The translations under genes and the position numbers were made by a program. A stretch of DNA of 32,000 nucleotides from Candidatus Saccharimonadota bacterium (GTDB lineage: Bacteria > Patescibacteriota > Gracilibacteria > UBA4473): positions 600,001 to 632,000 of the forward strand of contig OY781871.1 of NCBI GenBank assembly GCA_963677105.1, in the 5' to 3' direction. The first letter of the stretch is position 1; the number at the start of each line of letters is the position of its first letter. Shown piece by piece: positions 8,466 through 17,053 of the stretch. The notes under the pieces were generated by a model, which saw nothing but the letters and a program-made list of their open reading frames with translations, had not been told where the DNA came from and searched no databases.

Positions 8466-9971
8466 TTAGCGAATACGATCTATGATGGTGTATTCTTTGT
8501 CAGAAATCTCATTCTTAGAAACGTCAGTAAGTCCTTTTAGCTGAATAGAAAATCGTTCATTTGGTTGTACGGAATTTTGCCAAAATCCAATCAGTGCCGT
8601 TTGTTCCCCTTTCCACAAAAGCAATTCTTCAAAAACAGGATTATCAGTGATTTCCGCATTTTCGAAATCTTTATCACGAAGTGTTATTTTTAATTTACTT
8701 GTAACCAAGACTGGTTCAGAAAAATGTAATTCAGCAACGCTAAAACGTGCACTTGAACGAGCAAAATTATCAGCCCAACGATTTCGTGCAGATTCTGGAA
8801 CTTGATCAATGTTTAACCATTCGTGAAGCGTGACAAATGGTTTTACTGAATCTTCAACAATTGCCCAATGAAATTCTTTTCTTTCAGTGCGTAGTTTTCC
8901 ATTCCATGTTCCAATATTTTCATGCGTCTTGAAATTAGAAGATTCAAACGCTTGTTGTCCAAAAAGAGAAAGTCTCCAATCGGTATTCCACGTTTGTCCA
9001 CGAGGAGCGAATACACCAAGTGAATTTACAATTCCTTTTACTTCAAAAGTCCATTCATGCCACCACTTTTCTCCCGGAGCAAGGGTTAATGATAAAAATT
9101 CATTTGGAGAATTCCAAGCATCAGGCCATCTCATTTCGATTCCACCTTTCCATGTTTGAGAAAGTGGCTCATCGGCTTGTCCCAAATGTTCGAGTCGTGC
9201 CTTTACTTTAATTTCCCAATTATTTGGCGATGTTTCTCGTGCAGAAATATCAATATTTCGTTCCAATGAACGAGATGATTTTCCTCCACCAAGATTCCAT
9301 TCAATTGCCGCAATATCACTGGAAAGAGGTTTTAGGTTTGGCGAAACGTTCGGAACAAAAAGCTCTCCTGATTGCACAGCTTTTCCAATTTCTTTCGTAA
9401 GCGATGGCCATGTCCATGGTTTTATGAGAATTTTTAGAATCATTTTTTTCCCAAAATGAGAAAGCGGAGATTTTCTTTCTGCAAGTGCTTGTTCATCGTG
9501 ACGATCTGTGTTTGCGACAGATCGAGTCATTTCTGCAAAAAAAGTAGGATCTTTAATAAGTTTTTCTACCGTTTCAGTATTTATTAAAATAATATGAGAA
9601 TGAGAAATTCCTGCCATATTTGCGGCACCATGAAAAGAATCTGCACATTTCTTTAAATCAGGAGAAGTTCCGAGATCCCAAAATTTTACGTCTTGCGCAA
9701 CCATTGTAAGCGGTGCTTGAGCTGTTCCAAAACTTTTATCAGCAAGTGTATATACATTTTTTAATTCCATTTTCAATGGAAGAATTCGAACTTCTCCAAT
9801 CGCTGTTACAAATCCTCCACAAGGACGAGCTTCTGCTTCGTTCATCAAAAGGACAAGATGGGTTTGCGTAAGGAATTTCAGAGTGAATGCCCAGCGAATT
9901 GGCCACACACAAACACACAAAAATAGGACAAGTAATCCAAGCCAGAACCATGTTTTCTTGAGGAATTTCAT
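8466..9971 (-). CDS. DUF4012-like membrane-anchored protein with a Trp-rich C-terminal domain
   Basis: An N-terminal TM segment (WFWLGLLVLFLCVCVW) is followed by LVLLMNEAEARPCGGFVTAIGEV. This matches my memory of the DUF4012 signature (L.LFQNNAE.R.TGGF.G). I chose ATG 9971 (MKFLKKTWFW...); the listed ORF starts at TTG 10016. Confidence 0.55.
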   Translation of the reverse strand: MKFLKKTWFWLGLLVLFLCVCVWPIRWAFTLKFLTQTHLVLLMNEAEARPCGGFVTAIGEVRILPLKMELKNVYTLADKSFGTAQAPLTMVAQDVKFWDLGTSPDLKKCADSFHGAANMAGISHSHIILINTETVEKLIKDPTFFAEMTRSVANTDRHDEQALAERKSPLSHFGKKMILKILIKPWTWPSLTKEIGKAVQSGELFVPNVSPNLKPLSSDIAAIEWNLGGGKSSRSLERNIDISARETSPNNWEIKVKARLEHLGQADEPLSQTWKGGIEMRWPDAWNSPNEFLSLTLAPGEKWWHEWTFEVKGIVNSLGVFAPRGQTWNTDWRLSLFGQQAFESSNFKTHENIGTWNGKLRTERKEFHWAIVEDSVKPFVTLHEWLNIDQVPESARNRWADNFARSSARFSVAELHFSEPVLVTSKLKITLRDKDFENAEITDNPVFEELLLWKGEQTALIGFWQNSVQPNERFSIQLKGLTDVSKNEISDKEYTIIDRIR

Positions 9972-10048
9972 CAGATGAAGTGTGTCAAAAATTGTAGTAT
10001 TTTGCAACTTATTCAAAGCTCATGAGTATTTGTTTTGATATATATTAC

Positions 10049-10077
10049 TTGACAATAATAAAAAAACATCCTAAAGT
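10049..10077 (+). promoter_or_regulatory. Near-consensus promoter of the 237-aa cassette
   Basis: TTGACA (10049-10054), 17 nt, TAAAGT (10072-10077). This implies a leader of about 145 nt that contains the hairpin CTCGTGAT (10146-10153) / ATCGCGAG (10176-10183). Confidence 0.5.
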
Positions 10078-10227
10078 GTTTTCGTAAATTTTATGCAAAT
10101 TTTGTCATAAAGTTTCGATCTTTTACATGTTAGAGAAAAAATTGCCTCGTGATTTTGTGCGTATGTGCGCATAGTATCGCGAGACAATTGATACTGATTG
10201 TCCATAAAAAAAATCAGGAGGTTCCAA

Positions 10228-10911
10228 ATGGAACAACAAACAAAAAGGGAAGTTGCACAAAAACTACAGAAGTTGATGAGAGAGATTCATGACCCAATGA
10301 CTTCGATTGGAAAACAAAGGGCTTTGAGGAGACAGATAAATATGCTTGCAGAGGCAGGCATTAGTGGAGATTTAGAGATATTGATTCAGAAAAAAACAAG
10401 AAACACGCATAAATTGCGTCAGGAGTTGCAGGCATGTCGCGTTAAGAGAATTCAAGCATTTTTAGCAGAAGACTTACAGCAGCTTTCGACACTGAGAAAC
10501 CTGAAATTGAAGATTACGCAAATTCTCGGTCAACCAAAATTGGAAAAATTATTAAGGGCTGAACTGGGAAGAGTTTTAGATCAAGTTTTAATTCATGTAT
10601 CACAAATTGAGAAAGAAAAGAAGACTACTAGGAAAAAAAGAATGGTTGTTCTTCCTCAGCAACAGCAACAGAAAGATCAAACCAATGCTGATTTAAAATG
10701 GGCTTATAGAACAAGGGGGGATGCTGAAGCCTTGTTTTTGCTTTCGCCTAAAACACAAGAACACTTATTGATAGAGGACGATTATGTTCTTTATAACCGT
10801 GCAAATACGAATTCAAATGGAGGGAAACGGCCTTTATTGGATTCGGAGATACTTGAAATTAATCAGAAAATGGAAAAGTATTGTGAAGATTGTGATAAAC
10901 TAATTCTCTAA
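10228..10911 (+). CDS. Hypothetical coiled-coil protein (227 aa from ATG 10228), foreign-looking
   Basis: A perfect AGGAGG site (10216-10221) lies 6 nt before ATG 10228; the listed TTG 10198 start has no such site. By hand count 14 of 18 Arg codons are AGA/AGG, against 0 of 20 in guaB. It contains a Q5 run. Confidence 0.75.
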   Translation: MEQQTKREVAQKLQKLMREIHDPMTSIGKQRALRRQINMLAEAGISGDLEILIQKKTRNTHKLRQELQACRVKRIQAFLAEDLQQLSTLRNLKLKITQILGQPKLEKLLRAELGRVLDQVLIHVSQIEKEKKTTRKKRMVVLPQQQQQKDQTNADLKWAYRTRGDAEALFLLSPKTQEHLLIEDDYVLYNRANTNSNGGKRPLLDSEILEINQKMEKYCEDCDKLIL

Positions 10912-10927
10912 CAGTCGTAGAAGAACT

Positions 10928-10969
10928 CCCTTTCTTGTTCCTTGTGAATGAGAAAGGGTTTCTTTTTTT
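10928..10969 (+). terminator. Rho-independent terminator of the 237-aa cassette
   Basis: CCCTTTCT (10928-10935) pairs with AGAAAGGG (10951-10958) over a 15-nt loop, followed by TTTCTTTTTTT. Confidence 0.65.
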
Positions 10970-11023
10970 GTATTTCTAAATATATTCACGTACACTTTCG
11001 ATACATTTCTAAAACATAAACAA

Positions 11024-11785
11024 ATGGAAAAAATTCTTCCAATTGCGATTCCGGTCGGAATAATCCTTCTTTCAAGTCTTCGGCAGATTAATCAGTATGA
11101 ACGCGGAGTGATGTTTACGATGGGGCGTTTTACTGGACTAAAAAATGCAGGATGGCGTCTCGTTATTCCTATTTTTCAGAAAATGGTAAAAGTTGATACG
11201 CGAACGAAAGCGGTTGATGTACCAGACCAAGAAGCTATTACAAAAGATAATATTCCCGTACGAATTAATGCGGTTATCTATTACCGTGTTTCTGATGCAG
11301 GAAAGGCGATTCTTGAAGTTGAAAATTTCTTTTGGGCGATGAGCCAAATGGCGCAAACAACAATGCGAAATGCTGTTGGAGAAGTAACGCTTGATGAGCT
11401 ATTGCAAAACCGAGATAAGATTTCGAATAAAATTCAAATTGTAATTGATGCAGCATCTGATCCATGGGGAATTAAAGTTGAGTCTGTTGAGTTAAAAGAT
11501 GTGATTATTCCGGAAGATTTAAAACGAACTATTTCAAAAGAGGCTGAAGCAGAAAGGGAAAAAAGAGCTGTTATTATTAAAGCAGAAGGGGATAAAATTG
11601 CGGCAGTAAATTTGGCAGCAGCAGCAAAAATGCTGGCTACTGAACCAGGAGCAATGCACTTACGAACACTTCAGACAGTAAATGATCTTTCTTCTGATCA
11701 GTCAAATACAACGATTTGGATGCTGCCAGTTGAAATGATGGAAGCAGTGAAAGGATTTGGGCAAGTTATGGGACAGAAGAAATAA
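11024..11785 (+). CDS. SPFH/band-7 (stomatin/slipin-like) membrane protein
   Basis: An N-terminal TM segment is followed by INQYERGVMFTMGRF...VDTRTKAVDVPDQEAITKDNIPVRINAVIYYRV and the coiled EAEAEREKRAVIIKAEGD segment. These are typical of the SPFH family. Confidence 0.88.
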   Translation: MEKILPIAIPVGIILLSSLRQINQYERGVMFTMGRFTGLKNAGWRLVIPIFQKMVKVDTRTKAVDVPDQEAITKDNIPVRINAVIYYRVSDAGKAILEVENFFWAMSQMAQTTMRNAVGEVTLDELLQNRDKISNKIQIVIDAASDPWGIKVESVELKDVIIPEDLKRTISKEAEAEREKRAVIIKAEGDKIAAVNLAAAAKMLATEPGAMHLRTLQTVNDLSSDQSNTTIWMLPVEMMEAVKGFGQVMGQKK

Positions 11786-11865
11786 ATCTTATCCGTAATT
11801 TGACATATACAAAAAACAATGTAAACTAGAATTAGTTTAAGAATAGTAATTTAAAATTACTTAAG

Positions 11866-11912
11866 AAAGTTGCCGATTTAGTCCTCTGTAAGGGATTTGA
11901 TCGCAGCTTTTT
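11866..11912 (+). terminator. Possible terminator after the SPFH gene
   Basis: The outer stem AAGTTGC (11866-11872) pairs with GCAGCTT (11902-11908), giving 7 bp with one G.U. A T6 run follows, but the interior is large and loosely structured. Confidence 0.3.
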
Positions 11913-11992
11913 TAAATGTTTCAAATTTTCTTAGAAATCCTCTTTCAAGATAAAATTTCTTGAAAATGAAATTGTGCTACACTTCTTGAGAC

Positions 11993-14446
11993 ATGAACCA
12001 AACAATTTTAATTGCGGTTGGAATTGGCGCAGGAGTGCTTCTGGGAATGTTTTTTCTTATACGATGGCTGCGCAGACAAAATGATTTTCAACGATCGCTA
12101 GATTTTGTATTTCTTCAAGTACTTATCCCGAAAAAGGAATCAAAAGAAGACCATGAAAGAGAGCGTGATCAGACGAGTGATATGCATAAAGTAGTATCTA
12201 TTGCAGATCATTTTTTTCAATCATTATACGGAATTCATTCTAAAGACATTAACCGGATCTGGAAAAATCAAGATTTCCTTTCTCTTGAATATGTAGCTAA
12301 GAATGGAGAAATCGGACTTTATATTGGTTGTCCACGAGAACTACAGGAAGTCATTGAAAAACAAATTACGAGTTTTTATCCAGAAGCCGTTATCGAGCGA
12401 ACAGAATCGCCAAAAACCTTTCATGAAAAAACATATCAAGTAACGGGATTTTTAACCGGAACTAAAAAATATTTATACCCAATTAAAACATTTAAAAAAT
12501 TCGAATCAGCAGATCCAATCAACAATATATTGAATTCACTTTCCAATGCGTCAGACGATCATGGAAATTCTGCGGCTGTTCAAATTATGATTCGTCCAGC
12601 AAAAGATGTGTGGCAAAAGTCAGCGCGAAAACTATCGAAACAATTAAGTGCTGGGAAAAATCATGCAGCATGGTGGAATCCAATTACATTACTTGGAAAA
12701 ATGTTTGGTTTGTTGGTCAGTGGAGTTGATGATTCTTCAGATGGAGCCGAAGGAGAAAAAGACACGGAATCACAACAAACAACGCAAGCAATAGATGAAA
12801 AAGCAGAACGACACGGATTTGAGACAATTATCCGATGTATAACGAGTTCTCCTCAAAAAAGAATAGCACAAGTGAATATGACTTCGTTATTGAACTCTTT
12901 TAGTCAATATGGAGCACCAGCACTCAATTCTTTATTTCAGCGAAAATGGCACAGTCGTCGCGATTTAGTTGCAAATTTCTTGCTTCGATCTTCTCGTCGT
13001 TCGTGGACAACACGAAACCCACTTTTACTTTCAACAGAAGAATTAGCATCCCTCTTTCATTTTCCACATACGAAATACAATAATATTCCAGGACTGAAAT
13101 GGCAGAATTTTAAAATTGCACCCGTTCCGAAAAATATTCCTCAAAAGGGATTGTATCTCGGAGACAATGTGTATCGTGGTGTGACTCGGCCAGTGTTCTT
13201 GTCGCCAGAAGATCGATTCCGACATTTCTACGTAATTGGACAAACAGGAACTGGTAAATCATCTATTTTTCAAACAATGATTCGTCAGGATTTTCAAGAA
13301 AACAGAGGAGTGTGTGTAATTGATCCACATGGTTCTTTGATTGAATCATTATTACCATTTGTTCCCAAAGAACGAGTAGATGATGTGATAATTTTTGATC
13401 CTTCTGATTTAGAGCGACCGATGGGACTGAATTTGTTGGAAGCAGAGACGGATGAAGAGCGCGATATGGTAGCATTAGATGCTATGAATATTATGATCAA
13501 AATGTTCGACGAAGAAACATTTGGACCACGAATTCAGGATTATTTTCGAAATGGAGTTTTAACATTAATGGCGGATCCTGCGGGAGGAGCTTTGACAGAT
13601 ATTGTTCGCTTGTTTACAGATGACGCGTTTCAGCGAGCGAAAGTTCAACATGTAAAGAATCCGGTGGTAAAAAGCTTCTGGACGAAACAAATGGCGCAAA
13701 CAGGACAACGTGAAAAGCAAGAGATGATACCGTATTTTGCGGCGAAATTTGGAGCGTTTGTGACTAACGCAATGATGCGAAATATTATTGGCCAAACCAA
13801 ATCAGCGTTTGATTTTGCTAAAGTTATGGATGAAGGAAAAATTCTTCTTATGAATCTTTCGAAAGGAATGACCGGAGAAATTAATTCGAAATTGCTCGGA
13901 CTTATTATCGTTTCAAAATTGCAAATGGCAGCGTTGCGACGGCAAAAAAAATTAACGGCGGGACAAAAACCAACAGACTTCTTCCTCTTTATCGATGAGT
14001 TCCAAAACTACGTAACCGATTCGATTGAATCAATTCTCTCTGAAGCACGAAAATACCGATTATCATTAAATATTGCGCATCAATATTTAGGACAAATTGA
14101 TACATCCGGACAAAAGAAGGGATTAAATTTGAAAGAAGCGGTTTTTGGAAATGTGGGAACGATGATGTGTTACAAAATTGGAGCGCAAGATTCAGAAGAA
14201 ATGGCAAAGGAAATGGCACCCGTTTTCTCCGATCAAGATTTATTAAATATTGATGCGTTCAAAGCAGCGATCAAATTAGCAGTTGATGGACAGCCGAGTC
14301 GACCGTTTTCTTTAAACGTTCAGAAGCCGTGGTTTGAGAAAGGAAACGAAAAAATGCCAGACGCATTGAAACAAATTTCTCGATTAACACACGCTCGAAG
14401 TCGGAAGTTTGTGGAGAAAGAGATTTTTACAAGACTTGATGTGTAG
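11993..14446 (+). CDS. TraD/VirD4-like (type IV coupling protein family) membrane ATPase with a long non-ATPase N-terminal domain
   Basis: There is an N-terminal TM segment (IAVGIGAGVLLGMFFLI). The ATPase motifs are Walker A VIGQTGTGKSS, CVIDPHGS, Walker B FLFIDEFQNY and NIAHQYLGQ. Confidence 0.75.
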   Translation: MNQTILIAVGIGAGVLLGMFFLIRWLRRQNDFQRSLDFVFLQVLIPKKESKEDHERERDQTSDMHKVVSIADHFFQSLYGIHSKDINRIWKNQDFLSLEYVAKNGEIGLYIGCPRELQEVIEKQITSFYPEAVIERTESPKTFHEKTYQVTGFLTGTKKYLYPIKTFKKFESADPINNILNSLSNASDDHGNSAAVQIMIRPAKDVWQKSARKLSKQLSAGKNHAAWWNPITLLGKMFGLLVSGVDDSSDGAEGEKDTESQQTTQAIDEKAERHGFETIIRCITSSPQKRIAQVNMTSLLNSFSQYGAPALNSLFQRKWHSRRDLVANFLLRSSRRSWTTRNPLLLSTEELASLFHFPHTKYNNIPGLKWQNFKIAPVPKNIPQKGLYLGDNVYRGVTRPVFLSPEDRFRHFYVIGQTGTGKSSIFQTMIRQDFQENRGVCVIDPHGSLIESLLPFVPKERVDDVIIFDPSDLERPMGLNLLEAETDEERDMVALDAMNIMIKMFDEETFGPRIQDYFRNGVLTLMADPAGGALTDIVRLFTDDAFQRAKVQHVKNPVVKSFWTKQMAQTGQREKQEMIPYFAAKFGAFVTNAMMRNIIGQTKSAFDFAKVMDEGKILLMNLSKGMTGEINSKLLGLIIVSKLQMAALRRQKKLTAGQKPTDFFLFIDEFQNYVTDSIESILSEARKYRLSLNIAHQYLGQIDTSGQKKGLNLKEAVFGNVGTMMCYKIGAQDSEEMAKEMAPVFSDQDLLNIDAFKAAIKLAVDGQPSRPFSLNVQKPWFEKGNEKMPDALKQISRLTHARSRKFVEKEIFTRLDV

Positions 14447-14516
14447 GTTAGATTAAAACCCTAGAAAGGTTTAGTTGAAATATCTTTTAAAAAGAATACA
14501 AAGTCTATACTAAAAA

Positions 14517-15689
14517 ATGCCTACAAAAAATGTCGTTTCTGTAACTCCAGAGGTACTCGTGTGGGCACGAGAAACTGCACATTTATCTATTGTAGGGGCA
14601 TCAAAGAATATTATTCCTCATGAAAAATTATTAAAAATAGAACGGGGAGAAGACTTTCCGACACTTATTCAACTTAGAAATTTAGCTCATAGGTATGATC
14701 GTTCTCTTTCGACTTTAATGGGGAATAAAATCCCGGAAGATGATTACAAAAAGATTCCTTTTTTTAGAAAAGAGAATAAAACGGAGTACGATTCACCATT
14801 AGCATTATTTATTCGTGATATTCAAAAAAAACAAGATTGGGCAAGAAATTATCTGCTAGATGAAGGGATTCCTGCATTGGAATTTATTGGATCAGTTAAA
14901 ATTAAAGATAATCACAAACAGGTTGCCTCCAAAATAAAGGAGCGGTTGGGGCTGCCGTCATTTACGGAATATGGGAGAAGAGAAAGCTATTTTCACGACT
15001 TAAGAACATCCCTAGAAAAAAATAATATATTTGTTTCAGTTACAGGCAGTGATCAGTCTAGTAGAGCTATTTCTCCTGAGCAGGCTCAGGGATTTGCAAT
15101 CCCCGATTCTGTTGCTCCATTTTTATTCGTAAATACTCGAAGTACAATAAATTCAAAAATTTTCACGCTTATTCATGAAGTCGTACATCTTTTTTTGGAT
15201 GAAATGGGAATATCAGAAGACCCTATAAAGTTTCGAAAACCAGATTGTAATGAGGATGAGATAGAAAACTTTTGTAATTTGGTCGCAGCAGAAATCTTGA
15301 TGCCTGAAGATGAATTTAGAGAGCAGTGGGATAAAACAAAAGGGACAATAGAAGAAAGAATTGAGAAAGTAGGACAAAATTTCTTAGTTAGTAGTCTTTC
15401 TGTGTGCGTAAAGGCTTGGCATTTGGGCATAATTTCTGGTCATGATTTTTCAGTTATATTTCCTCACATAAAAGAAAAGATAAATGAGTGGTTACGCATG
15501 AGGGATGAAAAAAGAAAAGAGGCAAATGGTGGTGGAGATTATTATTTAAATATGAGATCTCAAAATGGAATATTGCTGTCTCAATTAGCATTTTATGCAT
15601 ACAAGGGAGGAAATGTAATGGCAACAGAAATTTCAAAAGTATTAACGGTAAAGGTGAGTAATTTTGATAATTATTTTTCGAAAATATAA
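14517..15689 (+). CDS. XRE-type HTH fused to an ImmA/IrrE (COG2856/DUF955) zinc metallopeptidase
   Basis: The N-terminus is HTH-like (LIQLRNLAHRYDRSLSTLMG). The HExxH motif lies in FTLIHEVVHLFLDE. The stop overlaps the next start (TAATG). About 60% of Arg codons are AGR. Confidence 0.8.
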   Translation: MPTKNVVSVTPEVLVWARETAHLSIVGASKNIIPHEKLLKIERGEDFPTLIQLRNLAHRYDRSLSTLMGNKIPEDDYKKIPFFRKENKTEYDSPLALFIRDIQKKQDWARNYLLDEGIPALEFIGSVKIKDNHKQVASKIKERLGLPSFTEYGRRESYFHDLRTSLEKNNIFVSVTGSDQSSRAISPEQAQGFAIPDSVAPFLFVNTRSTINSKIFTLIHEVVHLFLDEMGISEDPIKFRKPDCNEDEIENFCNLVAAEILMPEDEFREQWDKTKGTIEERIEKVGQNFLVSSLSVCVKAWHLGIISGHDFSVIFPHIKEKINEWLRMRDEKRKEANGGGDYYLNMRSQNGILLSQLAFYAYKGGNVMATEISKVLTVKVSNFDNYFSKI

Positions 15690-16246
15690 TGAAATACATA
15701 TTAGATACGAACGTTTATATTGCAGCGTTTCGTGGGTATTATAATCCAGAAATTTGTTCTACATATTGGGAGGTATTACGAGAACTCGGAGAAAAAGAAT
15801 CTATAAAATCCCCAAAGGAAGTAAAAGATGAGATAGAGAGAATAGATGACGACTTATCAGGTTGGGCTAAGAATAAAAATCCTTGTTTTCTGTCAGATGA
15901 TTTAACCGGGATAATGGTTTTTTTTATGAAGGTAAGGGCTTCTTATGATGTTATAAAACAGAATGCAATTTCTCACTGGACGACAGAATTCGCTAAAAAA
16001 GGGCAAAAATATCATTTAAGAGAGGAGCCCATTTCGGATGAGGATATATTTGTCGTTGCAACAGCACTATTTTATCGAAAACATTTTCCTGATCAGGAAG
16101 TCGTGGTCGTAACAAAAGAGATACTAAAAAACAATCCATATAAACCAGTAAGAATCCCTCATTTATGTGATGCAGTTAAGGTTCGATGGATTAATGATTT
16201 TGAGTTCATTAAAGAAATTGGCATTACTCTTGAAGCAAAACTTTGA
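15689..16246 (+). CDS. DUF4411 family protein (PIN-like nuclease fold)
   Basis: The N-terminus MKYILDTNVYIAAFRGYYNPEICSTYWEVL...DDDLSGWAK matches my memory of the DUF4411 pattern (yllDaNvfI.A...YY..icp.FW). It overlaps the ImmA gene by 1 nt. Confidence 0.8.
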   Translation: MKYILDTNVYIAAFRGYYNPEICSTYWEVLRELGEKESIKSPKEVKDEIERIDDDLSGWAKNKNPCFLSDDLTGIMVFFMKVRASYDVIKQNAISHWTTEFAKKGQKYHLREEPISDEDIFVVATALFYRKHFPDQEVVVVTKEILKNNPYKPVRIPHLCDAVKVRWINDFEFIKEIGITLEAKL

Positions 16247-16314
16247 TTAAAAAAACACTTTACCACTCTCCACTTTCGCTTTTAATATAGATATTTATCG
16301 AGCGTAATATCTTT
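16247..16314 (-). pseudogene. Decayed copy of the recG 3' end (last ~22 codons plus stop)
   Basis: Nt 16248-16313 align with 17055-17121 at 56 of 61 positions by hand, outside a substituted 5-vs-6-nt block. Read on the minus strand it gives KDITLDKYLY* and then, one frame over, KAKVESGKVFF*. The recG C-terminus is KEDITLNKYPRLKAKVERGDVFF*. Confidence 0.8.
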
Positions 16315-16968
16315 CTATTTCCCGAAATTTCGTTGAATTCCCTTGAAGTATTTCACAGCGTCTTCTAAATCTTTCTCATTGAATTCTGGCCAATATTTAT
16401 CGAGAAATAAAAGATCAGTATATGTTCCTTGCCACGGAAGAAAATTAGACAATCGTTTGTGTCCACCAGTTCGAATAATCAAATCTGGTTCGAGACTCGA
16501 ATATAAATTCTGCGAGATAGTTTCTTCAGAAAATTCTTCCCCATTTTCCTGAATTTTTTTACACGCAGAAACGATTTCCGCTCGTCCTCCATAACTCAAG
16601 CAAACCTGAAATAAAAGTCCCGTACATTCTTGTGTAGCACGTTCCAATTCTTCGAGAGATTTAGCTGTTTCTGGACGAATGAGATCCAAGTTTCCCATAA
16701 GGTGTACTTTGATATTTTTCTGTACAAATTCTTCTTTTGGTTTTGCAAACTTCTCAATCAAATCAAACAAATCATCGAGTTCCTTTTGTTCTCGTTTCAA
16801 ATTTTCTGTTGAAAGCGCGTAGATTGTAAAAACATCAACATTGTATTTTGGACACCAATCCAAAACAGATTTTAAAACATCGATTCCTGTTTTATGTCCG
16901 AGCACTTTTTTCCATCCTTTTATTTTCGCCCATCTGCGATTTCCGTCCATGATTGCCGCTATGTGCAT
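16315..16968 (-). CDS. uppS: Undecaprenyl-diphosphate synthase (cis-isoprenyl transferase)
   Basis: HIAAIMDGNRRWA, FTIYALSTENLKR, DLIIRTGGHKRLSNFLPWQ and the C-terminal RNFGK are UPPS family motifs. The N-terminus is short. Confidence 0.9.
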   Translation of the reverse strand: MHIAAIMDGNRRWAKIKGWKKVLGHKTGIDVLKSVLDWCPKYNVDVFTIYALSTENLKREQKELDDLFDLIEKFAKPKEEFVQKNIKVHLMGNLDLIRPETAKSLEELERATQECTGLLFQVCLSYGGRAEIVSACKKIQENGEEFSEETISQNLYSSLEPDLIIRTGGHKRLSNFLPWQGTYTDLLFLDKYWPEFNEKDLEDAVKYFKGIQRNFGK

Positions 16969-17053
16969 GTGAGTGATTTAGTTACAACTGGTACGAACAT
17001 ACACAAAAAAAGAAAGAGGTGAAATTTTTATATATAAAAATGAAATATGTTCA

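Noticed and set aside
11836-11864. The AT-rich palindrome AGTAATTT-A-AAATTACT in the SPFH/T4CP intergenic region, considered as an operator.
   Set aside because: It is a single occurrence in very AT-rich DNA with no second half-site copy or adjacent regulator gene. That is not enough evidence to call a binding site.
17024-17041. The 18-nt all-A/T palindrome ATTTTTATATATAAAAAT just downstream of the recG stop, considered as a terminator.
   Set aside because: It has no G:C pairs and essentially no loop, so it is too unstable to call as an intrinsic terminator from sequence alone. It may simply be AT-rich spacer or part of the uppS promoter region.
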